Positions 23,771-26,893 of a stretch of DNA of 26,893 bases are shown one piece after another (the first letter of the stretch is position 1; each line of letters starts with the position of its first letter). Origin of the DNA: Octopus sinensis (lineage: Eukaryota). Where the stretch lies: NCBI RefSeq assembly GCF_006345805.1, contig NW_021823819.1, forward strand, positions 1 through 26,893. The letters run 5' to 3'. The position numbers and the translations under genes are program-made. Under the pieces are notes generated by a model. The model worked only from the letters and a program-made list of their open reading frames with translations. It had not been told where the DNA came from and did no database searches.

Positions 23771-24282
23771 GCAGATGTGGCTGTGCGGTAAGAAGCTTGC
23801 TTCCCGACCACGTTGTTCCGGGTTCGGTCCCACTGTGTGACACCGTGGGTAAGTAAGTGTCTTTAACTCAGGCCGATGAAAGCCTTGTATGTGGATTTGG
23901 TAAGCGCAAACTGAAAGGAACCCGCCGTATGTGTGAGAGTGTAATGTGTGTGTGTGTGTGTGTATGTGTGTGTGTGTATGTGTAAGAGAGAGAGAGAGTG
24001 TGTGCGTGTGTGCGTGTACGGGCGGTTGCACGTGCGTGTGCGCGCGCATCTGTATGTGGGTCTTTGTGTCAGTGTTTGTCCCCGGCCGCTCCTTGACAAC
24101 CGGTGTTGGTCTGTTTACGTCCGCGTAACGTAGTGGTCCGGCAAAAGGAACCGATACAGTAAGTACCAAGCTTAAAAAAAAGGAAAAGGGCAAGTAAAGA
24201 TAAGACCTGGGGTCGGTTTGTTCGACTAAAAACTCTTCAAGGCGGTGCCCTAGCACGGCCGAACTCGAATGACAGTAACAAG
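23771..24282 (+). mobile_element. SINE family A, bipartite, full length
   Basis: Head 23771-~23928, (GT/GA)n, tail ~24060-24282. Confidence 0.85.
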
Positions 24283-24432
24283 TTGAAGATTTTTGTTCCC
24301 ACCTATCAGCCACTTAACGATATCGCGTTTTGATTTGCTATTGAATTCACCTTTGCAACAACAGTTCCATCATGCTGACTATGTGATCCTGAACACGAAC
24401 TCAACATCCTGAAAACTATGTCATAAACCTTC
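24283..24432 (-). pseudogene. R4/Dong-type LINE fragment (older copy)
   Basis: Homologous to ~20855-21000 (GATTTTTGTTCCCAC.TATCAGCCA...CACCTT..TGCAAC.ACAGTT..CCATCATGCTG); reads QHDGTVVAKV..IA.QNAI / ADRWEQKS. Confidence 0.7.
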
Positions 24433-24622
24433 TCATACATACATACATACATACAGACACACACACGTATATACGCACACACATACATACAAACACACAA
24501 CATACACACATACATATATACATGCATACATACATACATACATACATTCATACATACATACATACATACATTCATACATACATACATACATACATACATA
24601 CATACATACATACATACATACA
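24433..24622. repeat. (ACAT)n microsatellite
   Basis: Direct inspection. Confidence 0.95.
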
Positions 24623-24751
24623 ACCAAACAAATCAGCTCCTTCAGAGGAAGATATCAACTAATTAAAAACAGAAGGCAGAGAACATACATCTGTACACAT
24701 GGTAAGCATGTGTGTATGTTGAATTTTCCAGCCAAAATCATTGTTAAATAT

Positions 24752-24808
24752 AATCACAACAGACCAGATAAAATGATCTGGGATCACTTTATCTGGTCTG
24801 TTGTGGTT
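24752..24808. other. 27-bp near-perfect hairpin
   Basis: AATCACAACAGACCAGATAAAATGATC-TGG-GATCACTTTATCTGGTCTGTTGTGGTT; one mismatch, one G-T pair. Confidence 0.9.
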
Positions 24809-24983
24809 TATCTGGTTCCATTTTATCTTAGAGAGAAGGTATGCACTTTAGTGAAAGTCGGTCATTTTCATTCCTCCGGGAGTCGATAAAGTTCATAACC
24901 AGTTATGTAGTGGGGTAGATTTAATCGATGAAACTCTCCTCTCTTGAAATTAGTGGTCTTTTGCATAAATTAAGGACAGCATA

Positions 24984-25808
24984 CGTGGTCTGATCAATAA
25001 GTATCCGGACTGTTGCTATAGTAACCAAGCTAAAGCACGCAGAGTAAAGACGCTTGGCACAGATTAACCTTGAACTCTGCTGTGCATGCGCAATAAGTTT
25101 TAACATTCTAGCTCACTTCTGCTGTTTACAGTAGTGCTTTGTAGGAAGGCGTGTAGTGCGAGATTGTCGCATTGACCATGACAGAGGAAGTTGAGCAGAG
25201 AATTTGCATCAAATTTTGACAAAGTTTTCAAAAAGTGTTCATCGTTCTCGACACAATCAAGGAGATCTCGTGCAACTGAAACCTGAGAATATTTTGGATC
25301 CGCCGAAAGCAATTTTGGCACAAATTTGGCAGACACGCGTCCCATAATAGATTGAACTGAACTGTAACTAATCTGCACATCCCAGATACTCACGGATGGT
25401 GATTCAACGATTTCCTCTCACAGCTGCACGCACATCTGCGATGTTTTTTCTGTTCTTTTGGTTGCGGGTCTCCCACAACGTTCGTCAATATCGACTTTTT
25501 TTCGTCCATCTTGGAAATGTCTGAACCACTCGTACACTTGTGTGCGCCTCATGCACTCCTCTCCATACACTTTCTGCAACTTTGTGTAGACCTCTGCTCA
25601 ACTTTCACTGTCATGATCAATGGGACGATCACACGCTACACACCTTCCTACCAAGCACTGCTGTAAACAGCGGAAATGATCTAGAACGTTAAAACCTTGT
25701 GCACATGCACAGCAGAATCCAAAGTCAATTTTTGCCGAGCGGCTTCACTCTGCATGCTTTAGCTTCGTTACTATACCAACACTCCGAATAATTATTAATG
25801 AGACCTTG
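24984..25808. mobile_element. Mariner derivative made of two inverted 5' ends
   Basis: TA on both sides (24982-83, 25809-10); arms ~24984-25200 and ~25592-25808 both contain TIR, 5' UTR and start codon (ATG 25178 on +, 25614 on -). Confidence 0.85.
25219..25614 (-). pseudogene. Mariner transposase N-terminal half
   Basis: MTVKVEQR / YTKLQKVYGEECMRRTQVYEWFRHFQDGRKKVDIDERCGRP / MGRVSAKFVPKLLS...DLLDCVENDEHFLKTL; ends just before the expected TGDETW. Confidence 0.9.
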
Positions 25809-26179
25809 TATACATCAAAACTACGTTTCTGTCAGTTTGGTCTTCAGAAAGCCTCAAGTGTCTTAGTCCTCGATCTATCCATGATATTTACCAAGCAGGG
25901 ACGATTTAAACTAGTAACTTTATTGGAGGATAATCACCACTGAAAGAGATTTAGCTGTTATTTCTCATAGATCGAGCAACTATACAGAGCCGCCTCCTCA
26001 TTGGCTCAAGTTACTGTTGCTACTACCGTGGTATGTAAATCTTAGGGTCATCTTTTATCGAGCAGATATATGCTGTCACTCCTGGTGTTGCTACTGTATT
26101 TTTTTGTTGTTTTGTTGTGTTGCTATGGGCTAGTGCTAGTCAAGCGGATCCTTCCTGCTGCTGCTGTTATTATTCTTGT

Positions 26180-26525
26180 AAGTGATGATGATGACGATGA
26201 CAATGACGATGACGTTGATGATAACGATGATGATGATGATTATGATGATGATTATGATGATGATGATGATGATGATGACGATGATGACGATGATGATGAT
26301 GATAGTGAATGAAGATGTTGATGATAATGATGAAGTGGAGGATGATAATGATGACGATGAGGATAACGATGATGATGACAACGACGACGATGATGATGAT
26401 GATGACGAAGACGATGACAATGACGATGATGATGGTGAATGATGAAGATGTTGATGATGATGATGATGTTGATGATGATGACGATGATGATGATGATGAT
26501 GATAATGATAATAATAATGATGATG
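26180..26525. repeat. (GAT/GAC)n trinucleotide array
   Basis: Direct inspection. Confidence 0.95.
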
Positions 26526-26566
26526 GTATATCGTTAACGTCATCAGCATTATCGCAAGCTCAGATG

Positions 26567-26798
26567 AGGCGGCGAGCTAGCAGAGTCGTTAAGCACGGAG
26601 CCGGACAAAATGATTCGCGGCATTTCGTCCCGTCTTTACGTTCTACGTTCAAATTCAGCTGAGATCGACTCTGCCTTTCATCCTTTTTGGGGTGGAGGGA
26701 GGGTTCAATAAAAGAAGTATTGTTGTTCACTGGGGTCGATGTAATCGACTTACCCATCTCTCGCGAAATTGCTGGCCTTGTGGTAAAATTTGAAACCA
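26567..26798 (+). mobile_element. SINE family C monomer (alternative tail)
   Basis: AGGCGGCGAGCTAGCAGAGTCGTTA head, GATCGACTCTGCCTTTCATCCTTTTGGGG core, GGGGTCGATGTAATCGAC hairpin, GCCTTGTGG..AATTTGAAACC tail. Confidence 0.8.
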
Positions 26799-26893
26799 TT
26801 GCTATTCGGTGCTTCTATCGTTGTTGCCATTGTTGTTAAATGTTGTTGTTGTTGTTGTTGTTGTTACTGTTATCGTTAATACTGTTCATGTTC

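Overview
AT-rich, repeat-saturated animal DNA with no host protein-coding exon I can support. The repeat complement suggests a coleoid cephalopod, Octopus-like (inference). All recognisable coding sequence is decayed transposon. DNA transposons: a full-length maT (DD37D) element, a deleted Tc1 with ~210-bp inverted arms, a mariner MITE, and a mariner derivative made of two 5' ends. Retroelements: three Penelope-like (GIY-YIG) copies, several pieces of an R4/Dong-type RLE LINE, and CR1-group and RTE-like RT remnants. There are also at least four tRNA-derived SINE families and many micro- and minisatellites. The most interesting signals are RNA-level: a tRNA-headed SINE ending in a minimal hammerhead ribozyme, and U3:A8-variant hammerheads at the Penelope ends. 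Also notable are a SINE trimer under a single 15-bp TSD, a 5'-inverted RLE LINE next to a (TAA)n-embedded non-coding element, and a bipartite SINE whose internal microsatellite repeatedly hosts other elements. All translations and alignments were done by eye; family names need database confirmation.
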